Assembly: GCF_018977255.1 (NCBI RefSeq)
Contig: NW_024704742.1
Location: forward strand, 19,532,001-19,596,000
DNA length: 64,000 nt
Direction of reading: 5' to 3'
Origin: Callorhinchus milii
Lineage: Eukaryota
Positions 1 through 11,630 of the stretch are shown here, piece by piece. The notes under the pieces are model-generated. The model had not been told where the DNA came from and made no database searches. It worked only from the letters and a program-made list of their open reading frames with translations. A program made the translations under genes and the position numbers. Position 1 is the stretch's first letter; each line of letters begins with the position of its first letter.

Positions 1-202
1 GGGATCAAAAAACAAAACAATAATAAATTGGTCATTTTCAATCCATGACTGTTTGTGGGACATTGCTGTGTGCAATTGGCTGCCGCGTTCGCCCACAAAT
101 ATACAGTCAATTCACTTTACAGTATATTCTGTGAAGCGCTTTGGGACGTCTAGAAGACGTGAAAAGCGCTATATTAAATGCAAGGATTATTATTATTATT
201 AT
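1..202 (+). mobile_element. tRNA-derived SINE, 3' half (cut by window edge)
   Basis: Same body and tail (GCGCTATATTAAATGCAAGGATTATTATT...) as the full copies at 2427 and 53841. Confidence 0.9.
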
Positions 203-335
203 CGTGGGAGGGAGTTCCATAGCTTCGGGGCGTAGTGGCTGAAGGCACGGCCGCCGATGATGGAGCGGAGGATTCCAGGGACAAGGAGGAGGCTGGAGCC
301 AGTAGAGCGGAGATAACGGGCGATATCACAAGATT
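203..335 (-). mobile_element. L2 LINE 3' fragment
   Basis: Reverse complement matches L2 3' coding end (GCCGTGCCTTCAGCCACTACGCCCCGAAGCTATGGAACTCCCTCCC), like 14925-14970. Confidence 0.7.
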
Positions 336-1193
336 TCGAGAGATTTGGATGAAGAAGCCTGTTAACCCATTTTGATCTCAGCTTTCCAGTATACCCACCC
401 TATTGCTTTCTAAATACAGCATCAACAGGGAGAAATTCCACCTAGATTTACAGTATTAATGTAGTATTTTGAAACATTAAGAATTTGACAAATTGTTGAA
501 TTCAGTCTGAACTTTGAAATCAGTTTTCTTAATAAAATATTTCTTAAAAGAACTTAAAGAAAAATAGCTGTATTTAAGAATTTGCCAAATACTGGATTTT
601 CTAAAATGATATACAGAGTAAATCTAGACCCAGGTAGAATATCTCCCCAATAGTTATTTCTTAAATAAATCCAACACCCTGGTCTTAACTATTCTTTCTC
701 GCAACCTGTTCAAATTCTTGATTTATCTTCATGTAAATAAATATTTCTTGATGTCTGTCCCAAAATTGCCTTTCACAACTCTGAAACTGTGACTTCTACC
801 CTCTTAATTTACTTTATCCATCATATTAATCATTATTTATACTTCCATATCTTTGAGATTATTCTTTTTAAGACTGAAAAGGCTGAACTTATCTAGTCTT
901 TCTTCAATAGCTCAACCCGCTAATACATTGCTCTCCTTTGCTTGCACCTCACTCCTCTATCCCCTTCACTCAGCTGGCTTCAGCCTCCTGCATGTCCCTC
1001 ATGCCCTCCGTTCCACCATCAGTGGCTGTGCTTTCAGCCACTAAACTCTGGAACTTTCAGTCTCAGTCCCTCCATCCCGCCCCTTATGTCGCTGCTAGAA
1101 CATGATAATGTACAGCTAATTTACATTTCATTAAACACAATATATTGCAGAAAATGTCAACGCCTGCAGCAAGAAATTTGTCTTGCGATTAAT

Positions 1194-1570
1194 GTAATAA
1201 TAATCCTTGCATTTGATATTTGATAGGGCCTTTCACATCAGATCGGCATCTCAAAGTACTTCACAGAATTTACTCTAAAGCGCAGAATTTTATAGGCAAA
1301 CACAGCAGCCAATTTGCACACACGAAAGTTCAACAAAGAGCCACAAAGTGAACAACAATTTAACTATTTTAGGGGATTGTTGACCACAAATAGTGCCATG
1401 GGAGTTTTAACGTCCACCTGAACAGACAGAAGAGAGCTTGGTTTAATGTCTCATCTGAAGAACTGTGTCAGAGCGTCAGCCTAGACTGTGATTTTAAAAA
1501 CCTAACATGAGACTTGAACCTACAACCTTCTGACTCAGAAGCAACAGTGTTCCAACTGAGACAGGCTGAT
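1194..1570 (-). mobile_element. Old DeuSINE (SacSINE1/AmnSINE-like)
   Basis: Deu-domain-like GTGCCATGGGA..TTAACGTCCACCTGAACAGACAG..GGTTTAATGTCTCATCTGAA, tRNA-like head GACTTGAACCTACAACCTTCTGACTCAGA, and an L2-type tail; family assigned from memory of the consensus. Confidence 0.7.
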
Positions 1571-2426
1571 GCATATGTCATGTTATAAGTGTTGATAATA
1601 TGTCCTTACTGTAGGATCTGTCCATTTTAAATATAAACATAATCAAATCTATGACTCAGAAGAGGAATTTCAACATTTCTAAAATGGAAATGTAGAAGAC
1701 TGCAAAGAGGATCTTTGTTTGATACACAAGTTAATGTACTTGATGAGAGATCATGTAATTAAGAACATAAGGACATAAGAATTAGGAGCAGGAGTAGGCC
1801 ATTCGGCCCCTCAAGCCTGCCCCGCCATTCGATAAGATTGTGGCTGATCTTCTGACCTAACTCTAATTACCTGCCATATCCCCTAATCCCTCTATTTTTT
1901 AAAAATTTATCAGTCTCAGCCTTGAAGATGTTCAAGGACTGAGCATCTACAGCCTTCTGGGGTAGTGAATTCCATAAATTCACTAAGAATTTGCCAAATT
2001 CCATAATTTCACTACCCTCCGAGTGAAGAAATGTTTCCTCAACTCTGTTCTCAAAGGCTGACCCTTAATTTTAAGACTGTGACCCCTGGTTATAGATTCT
2101 CCTACCAGGGGAAACAGTCCCTCAGTGTCTACTTTATCCGGCCCTTTAAGAATCTTATATGTTTCAATAAGATCTCCCCTAATTCTTCTGTACTCTGGAG
2201 AATATAGCCCTAGTTTATTCAGCCTATCCTCATAGGTCAGTCCCCTCATCCCAGGAACTAACCGAGTGAATCTACGCTGCACCCCCTCTCGGGCAAGTAT
2301 GTCCTTTTTTAAATAAGGAGACCAAAACTGCACACAATACTCTAGGTGCGGTCTCACCAAGGCCCTATACAATTGCAGCAAGACTTCCCTACTCTTGTAC
2401 TCTAAACCTTTTGAAATGAGCTAACA

Positions 2427-2738
2427 GGAGTCCTGTAGCTCAGTGGTTAGAGCACTCGCTTTGCAAGCGAGAGACCTGAGTCCAGGCAGATGGCGAAACC
2501 TTGGCCAAGTTTCCTTACTCCACACAGAGCCTAATAATAATCCCTCCAAAAAACAAAACGATAATAAATTGGTCATTTTCAATCTACGACTGTTTGTGGG
2601 ACATTGCTGTGCGCAATTGGCTGCCGTATTCGCCCACAAATATAGTCAACTCACTTTACAGTATATTCTGTGAAGCGCTTTGAGACGTCTAGAAGACGTG
2701 AAAAGCGCTATATCAAATGCAAGGATTATTATTTATTA
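2427..2738 (+). mobile_element. Near full-length tRNA-Ala-derived SINE (short variant) inserted in CR1
   Basis: Head GGAGTCCTGTAGCTCAGTGGTTAGAGCACTCGCTTTGCAAGCGAG (A box, TGC anticodon arm), (TTA)n tail, TAACA on both flanks (2422-2426, 2739-2743). Confidence 0.95.
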
Positions 2739-3141
2739 TAACATGCCGTTCGCCTTCTTAGTTGCTTGCTGCACCTGCAAACTAACTTTCTGAGACTGGT
2801 GTACAAGGACACTCCACTAGTCACATCCTGCCAATTCGAGAATGATCCGTTTATCCCTACTCTCTGTTTTCTACCCGTTAGCCAGTCTTCAATCCGTGCT
2901 AATATGTTCCCATTAATCCCATGGGCCTCAACCTTGTGCAATAGCCTTTTGTGTGGCACTTTGTCAAATGCCTTTTTAAAATCTAAATACACTACATCTA
3001 CTGGTTCCCCCCTATCTAACCTGCTAGATACATCTTCAAAAAACTCTAAAAGATTAGTTAAGCATGACTTCCCTTTTGTAAAGCCATGTTGACTCTGCCT
3101 AATCTTGTTATGGTCTTCCAGGAATCCCATAACGGCATCCT

Positions 3142-3469
3142 TAATAATGATAATAATAATAATCCTTGCATTTGATATAGCGCTTTTCACGTTGGGAGGA
3201 CATCCCAAAGTGCTTCACAGAATATACTGTAAAGTGAATTGACTGTATATTTGTGGGCGAACGCGGCAGCCAATTGCGCACAGCAATGTCCCACAAACAG
3301 TCGTAGATTGAAAATGACCAATTTATTATTGTTTTTGGTTTTGGAGGGATTATTATTAGGCTCTGTGTAGAGTAAGGAAACTTGCCCAAGGTTTCGCCCT
3401 CTTCCTGGAATTGAACTCAGGTGTCTCGCTTGCAAAGCGAGTGCTCTAACCACTGAGCTACAGGACTCC
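3142..3469 (-). mobile_element. Full-length tRNA-Ala-derived SINE (short variant) inserted in CR1
   Basis: Reverse complement of the same element with A box, B box (GAGTTCAATTCC) and (TTA)n tail. Confidence 0.95.
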
Positions 3470-5469
3470 ACAGTTGATTAAGGACTCAAGAATTTTCCCT
3501 ACCATTGAAGTCAGACTAACTGGTCTATAGTTCCCCATCTTTTCTCTCCCACCTTTCATAAATAGTGGTGTCACGTTTGCAATCTTCCAATCAATGGGAA
3601 CCGTTCCAGAATCCAGAGAATTTTGGAAGATCAAAGACAAGCCAACCACTATCTCAGTCACCACCTCTTTTAAAACCCGAGGATGTAGGCCATCAGATCC
3701 AGGAGATTTATCAGTTTTGAGACCTGATAATTTACCTAAAACCATTTCTTTATTAATGTTAATTCCTCCAAGTTGCTCGCTAACATTTTCTTCTTGGTTC
3801 CCCACTATTCTTGGTTTTCAGTGACTTCTAAGGTGAAGACAGTGGCAAAGTACTTGTTTAATGACTCTGCCATATCTTTGTCCCCGACTATAATTCCCCC
3901 CATCTCTGCCTGTATCGGACCCACATTTACCCTTGACAGCCTCTTCCTCTTTGTATATTTATAAAAACTCTTGCAGTCTGTCTTTATGTTCCTCGCTTGT
4001 TTGCCCTCATATTCCATTTTCTCCCTCCTAATCACTTTTTTGGTTCTCCTTTGTTGATCCCTAAAGTTCTCCCAATCCTCAGGTTTACTACTCATCTTAG
4101 CTGCTTTATAGGCTTCTTCCTTTAACTTTATACTTCCCAGGGTTTGGTTTGTAACTCTTTGTGGATAAATTACAGAAAAATATCAATCATTGCTTTCTTA
4201 GGCTTGAGGCTTAGTTTTCTTTTAGAGCCACCAATTATCATTGTTATCAATTACTGATCCATAGATTCCAGTCAAAATTCACTTTGGGTTATGTCTTAGG
4301 CTTTCCTACAGATTAAGCAATTTGCTTTGGGTTATTAAACACAATTTAAGCAATCTACTCCCATGTTTACATCAAAGAAACACTGATTTCATGCACTGTC
4401 CTGATCATTCAGTATCACACATGAGAGTTGATTCAGCCGAGTTGATTGCTTTCAGTTTAGATTGTACTTATTTGGTTTAAGTTTAGTGAAACGGTGGTAG
4501 TGAGTATGTTGAGGCGTCGAGCATATCCCTATTGAAGCTTTGGAAGCTGTTTTTCCATTCTTAAAAATCATTTCACCCACAAAATAAACAGTAAATTCAC
4601 TCTACATTATAATGTGTGAAGCATTTTGAGATGTCTCAACAACGTGATAAGGAGCTAAATCAAATGCAAGGATTATGATTATTATTATTGCAACTTGCAA
4701 TATTCAGCCTATCTCCATTTCTTTTGTAACATCCTGATCAATTTTCTTTTGATGTCATGCATAATACTATAAGCTAACCACTTATGTTTGTGGATTGTTA
4801 TCCTGCAGTGGATTAATTCCTTTCTCAGTTTTCAAGCGAGAAGATAGAGAGTACATGGGATTTCATTCAGACCTTTGAAATAATGTTCATAAGGTTGCAT
4901 GAAATATTAATTGTGTGAAGATCAGTGGCTGTTTCACTGTATTGTTGGCACCCAGTAAGGGTGTGCTGTAGAACTAATCCAATCTATTTTTTTTTGTAAA
5001 TTTGGATGCAAGTCAATCTTGAATTAAGCTTTTTGAGTCATCAGCCATTAGTTTTGAAACCAAATGCGACACAAACTGCAGCAATCTAAAAATGTTAATA
5101 CAAGTTGAACATTTTTTAAATAACATAATTTACTGCTTGGACTTGTGACTCGATCTGTTTCACTTAATCACCCAGATGTGGTACTGGGCTCAAAGATTTT
5201 AAGGTGCTTGTATACTCATTACTCAAAGTACTTTGATCACCCTGTATCCCTGGTCAAACAACACATCCAAAATTTATATTTGTGTTAAGCATTAACAATC
5301 ACACAATCTGTTCACCAGTTAGATGGACATTCAGTAAAGTAAAGCTCATTCTTATTTAACTGATCCGACAAATGCTATTTTGGTTGACTGCTGTGGGTGT
5401 TTCATTCATTCGCTATTTAGATACAGAAGGAAGGATTTCTTTACATCAATTGCAACAATTGCTTTGATC

Positions 5470-5620
5470 GCTGTGGGCAATTGGCTCCTGCATTTCGCCC
5501 ACAAAGTATACAGTCAATTCACTTTACAGTATATTCTGTACAGCACTTTGAGGCATCTCAAAGACATGATAAGATGCTATATTAAAATGCAAGGATTCTT
5601 GGTAGCAATATTATAATAAA
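5470..5620 (+). mobile_element. SINE 3' fragment
   Basis: CAATTGGCT..TTCGCCCACAAA..CAGTCAATTCACTTTACAGTATATTCTG..ATGCAAGGATT. Confidence 0.8.
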
Positions 5621-6029
5621 TGTTTTTTGAAGTCTTGTCATGTTTTCCTTCTGATCCCAGACTGTACTTCTACCCTTGATTTCACTAGTCCTTAATTCTG
5701 GACCATGGAAAGCTTTTACTAGGTGAAATGCTCTCTTCTATTTCTATTGTTAGAATGCAAGGTTGTAACATGTCTACAAGCAACAAATACAGGTAATAAG
5801 CAACTCCCTAATATTTGGCAAAATTAATATTAATAAACATTGTACTAAATATCTAAGAATAGGCATTATTGCAAAACCTAACCTGTGAATATTTCTAATT
5901 TATTTATATGCTTGTGAAACAGTTCAGGTTCCAGCCTTTTTCTCCTCATTGCCAACGAAAGCATCAACTAGGACCACAACAGATCAATGATTCCAGAAAC
6001 TGTACAAATGGCATCTGCTACCTTGCCCT

Positions 6030-6185
6030 TAATAACAATCCTTGCATTTGATACAGAACCTTATCACATCTTCGAGCTGTTTCAAAGCGTTTCACAGAAC
6101 ATACTGTAAAGTAAATTGACTGTATATTTTGTGGACGAAATGTGACAGCCAATTGCGCACAAACAGTTGTGGATTGAGTGACCAG
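6030..6185 (-). mobile_element. SINE 3' fragment
   Basis: Reverse complement of SINE body and tail. Confidence 0.8.
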
Positions 6186-6394
6186 ATTTTTTTAAAAAAA
6201 TTGAAGGGGTTATTGCTTGTCATATGAAACTTGTCAACCTCGTCATGTGAAACGTGAAAGAAATCCTGCAGAAAAAGGCACAGGACAAAGAAATGATTTT
6301 GCAACCATTTTTCAAAGAGTAAGTTGAACAAACAAAATAATGTATTTAAACTGACATAAAACCAGCCTCCTCAAAAAATGCCCATCAAATCCTC

Positions 6395-6840
6395 AGGGCT
6401 TTATCCTCAGTCCTCTCCTTTTATCATCTATATGCTCCCACTTACTTACATCACCTACGGGCATGTAGTCCACTTCCATATGTACATGGATAACATAGAA
6501 TTCTGCTTTTGTTCCTCTACACTCAACTCCAGGACCACCACTATTCTGACAAACTGCCTGTCAGACATCAAGTCCTGGATGAACTTTACAATGTTGATTT
6601 TATTGACTCCCTGGATGGTTTCTCCAACAAACAGAGCCTATGGGGACCCTGGCTTTGTTTTCTGCTGTAAGTCTTTCATTCGGACTGTGATCAAGTCCAC
6701 TTTCCTCCAAGCCATTGCCCACCTCGCTCACTATTTCACCCCCAGAGCAGCCAAAACCCTCATCCATACCTTTGCCATTTCTAGGTCTTACTAACTCACC
6801 TCTACCCTCCATGAACTCCATACCATGGCACCACATCCTT
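6395..6840 (+). mobile_element. Old L2 RT fragment
   Basis: Degenerate FIIYMLPL, FHMYMDN (YADD position), CLSDIKSWM, AAKTLIHTFAISR. Confidence 0.75.
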
Positions 6841-6974
6841 TCCCTTCTCTTTTCAGTAATTTTGAAGGTTATAAACACCATTTGTTTCCCATCCAAGTTG
6901 ACAACTAAGTTATCTGCTTATCAAGAAATGTGTGAAGAAGATGTGAAAGGTGTTACATAAGAGCAAGTATCTGC

Positions 6975-7390
6975 TTGGCTAAATTGGTAGCACTCTTATC
7001 TTTGGGTCAGAAGGGTGTGGGTTTAAGCCCGACTGAAGCATTTTGAGATGTTTCAAAGACATGATAAGGCGCTATATCAAATGCAAGGATTATTATTATT
7101 ATCATTATTATTATTACACTGTAAGCTGGTTAAGCTGGACACATTGGGGCCGTGCAGTTTGTCCAATTTACCCAGCATCCGAGGTTAATCGGTGTCTGTT
7201 TAAAGCATTATGTTGAAACTTGAGCTCCCCGTTTAGGTTGACAGTCTCGGAAAGTGCAAGATTGGAAAGAGGTGCAGTACTTCAGATGTGATGTTAAACT
7301 GAGGTCTTGTCTGCTTGCTGAGGGGGATGGTAAAGATCCCATGACTTTACTGGAAAAGAGAAGAGAGTTTCTCTGATGTCCTGGCCAACA
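6975..7390 (+). mobile_element. DeuSINE head and Deu-domain pieces with a SINE tail fragment
   Basis: GGTAGCACTCTT..GTCAGAAGG..GTGGGTTTAAGCCC head; GATGTTAAACTGAGGTC..AAAGATCCCATG..GTCCTGGCCAAC domain. Confidence 0.6.
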
Positions 7391-7714
7391 AACTGCCAGA
7401 TAATTTGATTAATCACTTCACTTCATGTAAATTGTCATTGGCCTACAAGTGCAGGATCATTATAGGGTACGGAGTGATTTGTAAGTGAGTGTGAGGATCT
7501 TGAAATCATTCTGTTCTGAGCCAATGGAGGCAACAAGGACTTAAATGCCTGATTGTATTTCATTCTTGCTCTTGGTCTGTACTGTGGCTAATTTTTTCAG
7601 TATATACCTGTTAATGTTCAGGAGATTTCCTGAGTTAAAACACCTCATATAGATATTTGACCAGCTAACCAGGAGACATTGGGTGGGGGAACTGTAATAA
7701 TTAAAGAATTAAAC

Positions 7715-7945
7715 ACCCTGAGGTCCCTAAGCCTTGGCTCTTGCCAACCTGTCCCTAACACCATCCGGAGCTAGGTAAGCTCAATGAATCCTTCCAAGGG
7801 AGAGTGCATATTCCATTCCAAACACAGGGAAATTTCCATATGTAGGTATCATACATATGTGGAATATTCAGTCTGGTCTGGATACTCTTGAACATTGTGT
7901 TGAATTTCTGCATGTGTCAGACATCCAGATGACCAAAATAAAATT
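7715..7945 (+). repeat. Unclassified interspersed repeat, copy 1
   Basis: Aligns by eye with 38400-38835 and with the reverse complement of 18905-19150 (GCCTTGGCTCTTGCCAAC; AGAGTGCAYATTCCATTCCARACACAGGGAAAT). Confidence 0.8.
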
Positions 7946-9699
7946 GGGAGCGGGGACTCTTACCACTCAGCCCCAATAACCTGCAAGCCAAAGCCATAAT
8001 GGTGGTCCTAGCTGGAAAGCAGTGGGAAGCTTACCAGGCAGTGCACTCATTGGCAAGCTATGTGTTTTGAACTCCTTTCAAGATCTTCAAATCTGTATTA
8101 TATGGATCATTGAAACTATCAATTTAGTCACTGAAGTCTTCATGACTTCCAGCAGCTATTACTTGTGTGAGCCAGCTTCTCAAACATTCACTCACTCATT
8201 CACTCACTTGCACAGATTTACTTGATCCAATTCCATTTCAGTGGATTTTATAAAGTCCGGAATACTCTGAACTGAAATCCTTGAAGCCTGAGGAATATTT
8301 GTTTAAAATCAGTCAAGGGGAAGGTTAAAAAAAACTGAAAAGAAACAGAGAAAATGTTAGATATCAGAACCGCACCACGAGAAATAGAACCAAAAGACAA
8401 ACTATTTCAATCAAAGGTTAAAATCATTTACCTACCCCCAAAATATAATTCCCATAAAATGTTGATATTTGACATAATGGAAAAACAAATAAAACAGGTA
8501 AAGAAATTGCAGCAACAATTTAAAACCTGCACTATTTGCAGTGATACTTGATAATCCAGCTTCTTATTTTACAACAGACTTATTGTAAACACAATTGTTA
8601 TAAACACTGGTGTGGTGAATTTCCACACTGTATCAACATCATTGCCTTATTCTAACAGTTTCAGTCAGATAATCCAACTCCCTACAGGATGAAGTAATTC
8701 TTAATCTCATTGTCAGCTAGATATTAGAAATATTACTGTTGCCTGTCAGCATGTTGTGCTTTTTCACCTGAAACGTTGACCTCAATCTCAGAAGAGTATC
8801 TTTCCTCAGCACCGATCTCCCAGATTGATGTTAAGACCCATTGTGATTAGAAAGCCATACAATCTGGATATCGCTTAATGACTAACATGCAACTAACATC
8901 CTTGCAGTGCTTTTAACTCAACTCTAAAAGAAACTGAGGAGTTTCTGCGCTGACAGTGAAGGATATTAATAAGGGTCGAGAAACATGAAGTCCCCCAGTG
9001 AATTGACTTTAATTGTAGGTCAGAGCCTCAACCCAATCCACTCCAATTTCTCAGCTGTTCAATCAGCTTCCATGAGGAACACATGAAGAACAATCTGACA
9101 TCTGAGCAGCTATTGGTGGACAAGTTCACTCAAGGTGTCTTCTTATAGTGCTTGTACCATACAAATCCTGGACATCACCTTTTGAATAAGTCAGAACCAT
9201 GGCTACTTGAGAATCTATATTCTGTAGCAATGGTTTGACTTTAACAATGGCACATCCATGGTAACTGTTAACTTAAATGGAAATTCATCTTCAATACTCA
9301 AGCCTATAGTATTGATATTCCTAGGCATGTTATAAAGACTGACGCAAACTGACAAGATTCAACTTGTATCACAATATTGTATCACAATCCATCAGAAATA
9401 TAATGTTTTTAACCTCATTCTCCGCCATCTGAAATAGGGTCTTCCCCAGCCCATTATTTAAATGATGATGGAGGATCAAACCCAGAAAGAATGCTTTATT
9501 TCAGATCCTGGTTGACTTCCTGTCAATCTGAGAAAGTAGAAATGTTCTCCTGAAAGTTGGTTTAATGTAGAGAGTTAAGAGACTCCGCACAAATGTTCTA
9601 CACAAAGCAGCATTACAATATGCTCAAGTGGCCAAATTGTTAAGTAAAGCAGACGTTCACTTTCATCATAGCTTTGACTCCCAACAGAGCAAGATTACA

Positions 9700-9970
9700 A
9701 GAGAGGTTCAGAACAAGAAAGCCCTTCAGCCCAATTGATCTCATCCTTTCAGAATTTCCACTCAGCCTTCCTCCCATCACGTCTGCTTTTTTTTAATGAG
9801 TATGGCCTCAATCACCTTTACTGGACACTTGTGCCATCATTAATTGCCCTCTGTGTAAATAAATACTTCCTATTGGGGTTTTAGTGTACTGCTATAAGAT
9901 CTGCCCTCTGAATTATCTCTTTTCAAGACTGAAAAGTCCTAACTTGTCTAAACGTTGCTCATAGCTCATC
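9700..9970 (-). mobile_element. Old CR1 3' end
   Basis: GCCCTTCAGCCCA 3'-UTR motif and TTTTCAAGACTGAAAAGTCCTAACTTGTCTAA. Confidence 0.55.
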
Positions 9971-10174
9971 TTTTAATAATAATAATTCTTGCATTTGATG
10001 TAACGCTTTATCACATCTTTGAGAAGTCTCAAAGTGCTTCACAGAATATACTGGAAAGTGAACTGTCTGTATATTTTTAGTCTGCTGCACATTTGATGCT
10101 GCAGTAAGCTTGACATTTTATCATGTGACTACAGCATAGAGAGACATCAGAGTGTATCGTGACACCTCACACTG

Positions 10175-10440
10175 CAACCATCATGGAGTTGGGGTGATTG
10201 AGCCTGGAAGTGACAAATGCATGAATGAGGGTCTCAGCGGCCTGTGGAGAGATGTAGTGACAGAGGTGGACAATGTTGCAGAGGTGGGGGAAGGCAGAAC
10301 AGGCCATGGCATGGATGTGGAGTTTGAAGGACAGCTGAGGGTCAAACAGGACACCGAGGTTTCGTAATGGCTGTGTGAGATGGAGAGCGCATCTGTGAAC
10401 AGTGATGCTGTCAGGTGAGGAGGCGCTGACGGGAGAGAAG
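10175..10440 (-). mobile_element. L2 fragment
   Basis: LRNLGVLFDPQLSF...AAETLIHAFVTSRL. Confidence 0.85.
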
Positions 10441-11189
10441 CAGGAGGTGTTTGTTAACAATCACATATTCGTTAACAATTATAATAAAGTATTAACCCTG
10501 TCTTTTATTGGCTTACATAAGTATCATCTGATGTCGGCTAGCTATATGATAGCAAGACTTCTCTGTTCACTTCCCCTGCACTTTGAAAAGAAAAACTTTT
10601 AATTGGTTAGCTGTATTGCTTCCTTGGTAATGTATTAAACAACTGACATTTATTAATTGCTAATAGTTTAAAGCTGGTGCAAGGGATTGCCTCAGAAATA
10701 AGCCCTTAATTAGCAAATGAAATCACACCATGGGATACGAAAATCAAGGCATTTCATAATCTATAAGACCCCACTTCTAAGTGCAACAAATTCACAGTGA
10801 TCTTCAGTATCTTTGTTACCTTTGTTACACGGCATCACTTATTGAATCTTCTTATTTTTAGCCTCGATGAATACTGGGGTCTTATTTTGTTCTTAATAAA
10901 AACTCACAATAGAAAATCCACAGGGACGTCACTCCAGGAGCAGTAGATCACATCAGAGAGACATCATTACAAGCAAAGATAACTTCTTTTATGTGTCATG
11001 AAGAGATGAGCATCGCTCACAGCTCACTGTTAAAGGCCCTGATGAATCCAATCATCTTGGAGCTAAGTAACACCTGCAAATGCTGGAAAATGGGCTGAGT
11101 GTGAAGTTACCAGAGACACTGGCCCAGTGTTCGCTCTCGCTACAGGCTACAATAGGAATTCACCTACAAATACAGTCACCAGATTTTAT

Positions 11190-11630
11190 ATCGTAGAAAT
11201 GCCTTAAAGAGCTTCACGGGATATACTGTAGGGTGGATTGACTGTGTATATTGCGGCAGCCAGTTGCAAACATCAATGTCCCATGGAGTTAGTAACCAAT
11301 TTTTGTTTGGGAGTTCTTGGCCAGAACACTGAGAGAATATCCTTTCTCTTTTCGAATATTCACATGGGATCTTTCACATCCACCTGAATAGACAGATGGG
11401 ACCTTGGTTTAACATTATATTTTGACATTATAAGATCCTATAAGATCCTATATCAAATCCAAAGATAATAATAGTAATCCTTGCATTTGATATAGTGCCT
11501 TATCATGTCTTCCAGACGTCTCAAAGTGCTTCACGGAATATACTGTAAAGTAAATTGACTGTATATTTTGTGGGCGAAACATGGCAGCCAATTGCAGTGT
11601 CCCACAAACAGTCGTGGATTCAGTGACCAA
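11190..11630 (-). mobile_element. DeuSINE fragment followed by SINE 3' fragment
   Basis: CATGGGATCTTTCACATCCACCTGAATAGACAG; then TAATCCTTGCATTTGATATAG..GTCCCACAAACAGTCGTGG. Confidence 0.7.

Larger units (their letters stand above)
1760..4137 (-). mobile_element. CR1 LINE, 5'-truncated ORF2 relic with internal deletion, interrupted by two SINEs
   Basis: Translated motifs KSPGSDGLHPRVLKE, NYRPVSLTS, QHGFTKGKSCLTNLLEFFE, VYLDFKKAFDKVPH, LYRALVRPHLEYCVQFWSP, TRGHSLK; 3' end (TTCTTATG)n-like at about 1760-1780. Confidence 0.95.

Noticed and set aside
2427..2500. tRNA-Ala(TGC) gene
   Set aside because: It is the head of a multicopy SINE: no proper acceptor stem, and it continues into SINE body; the same applies to all other copies.
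11036..11070. CTGATGA as a hammerhead core (also at about 58643)
   Set aside because: No stem II or GAAA partner.
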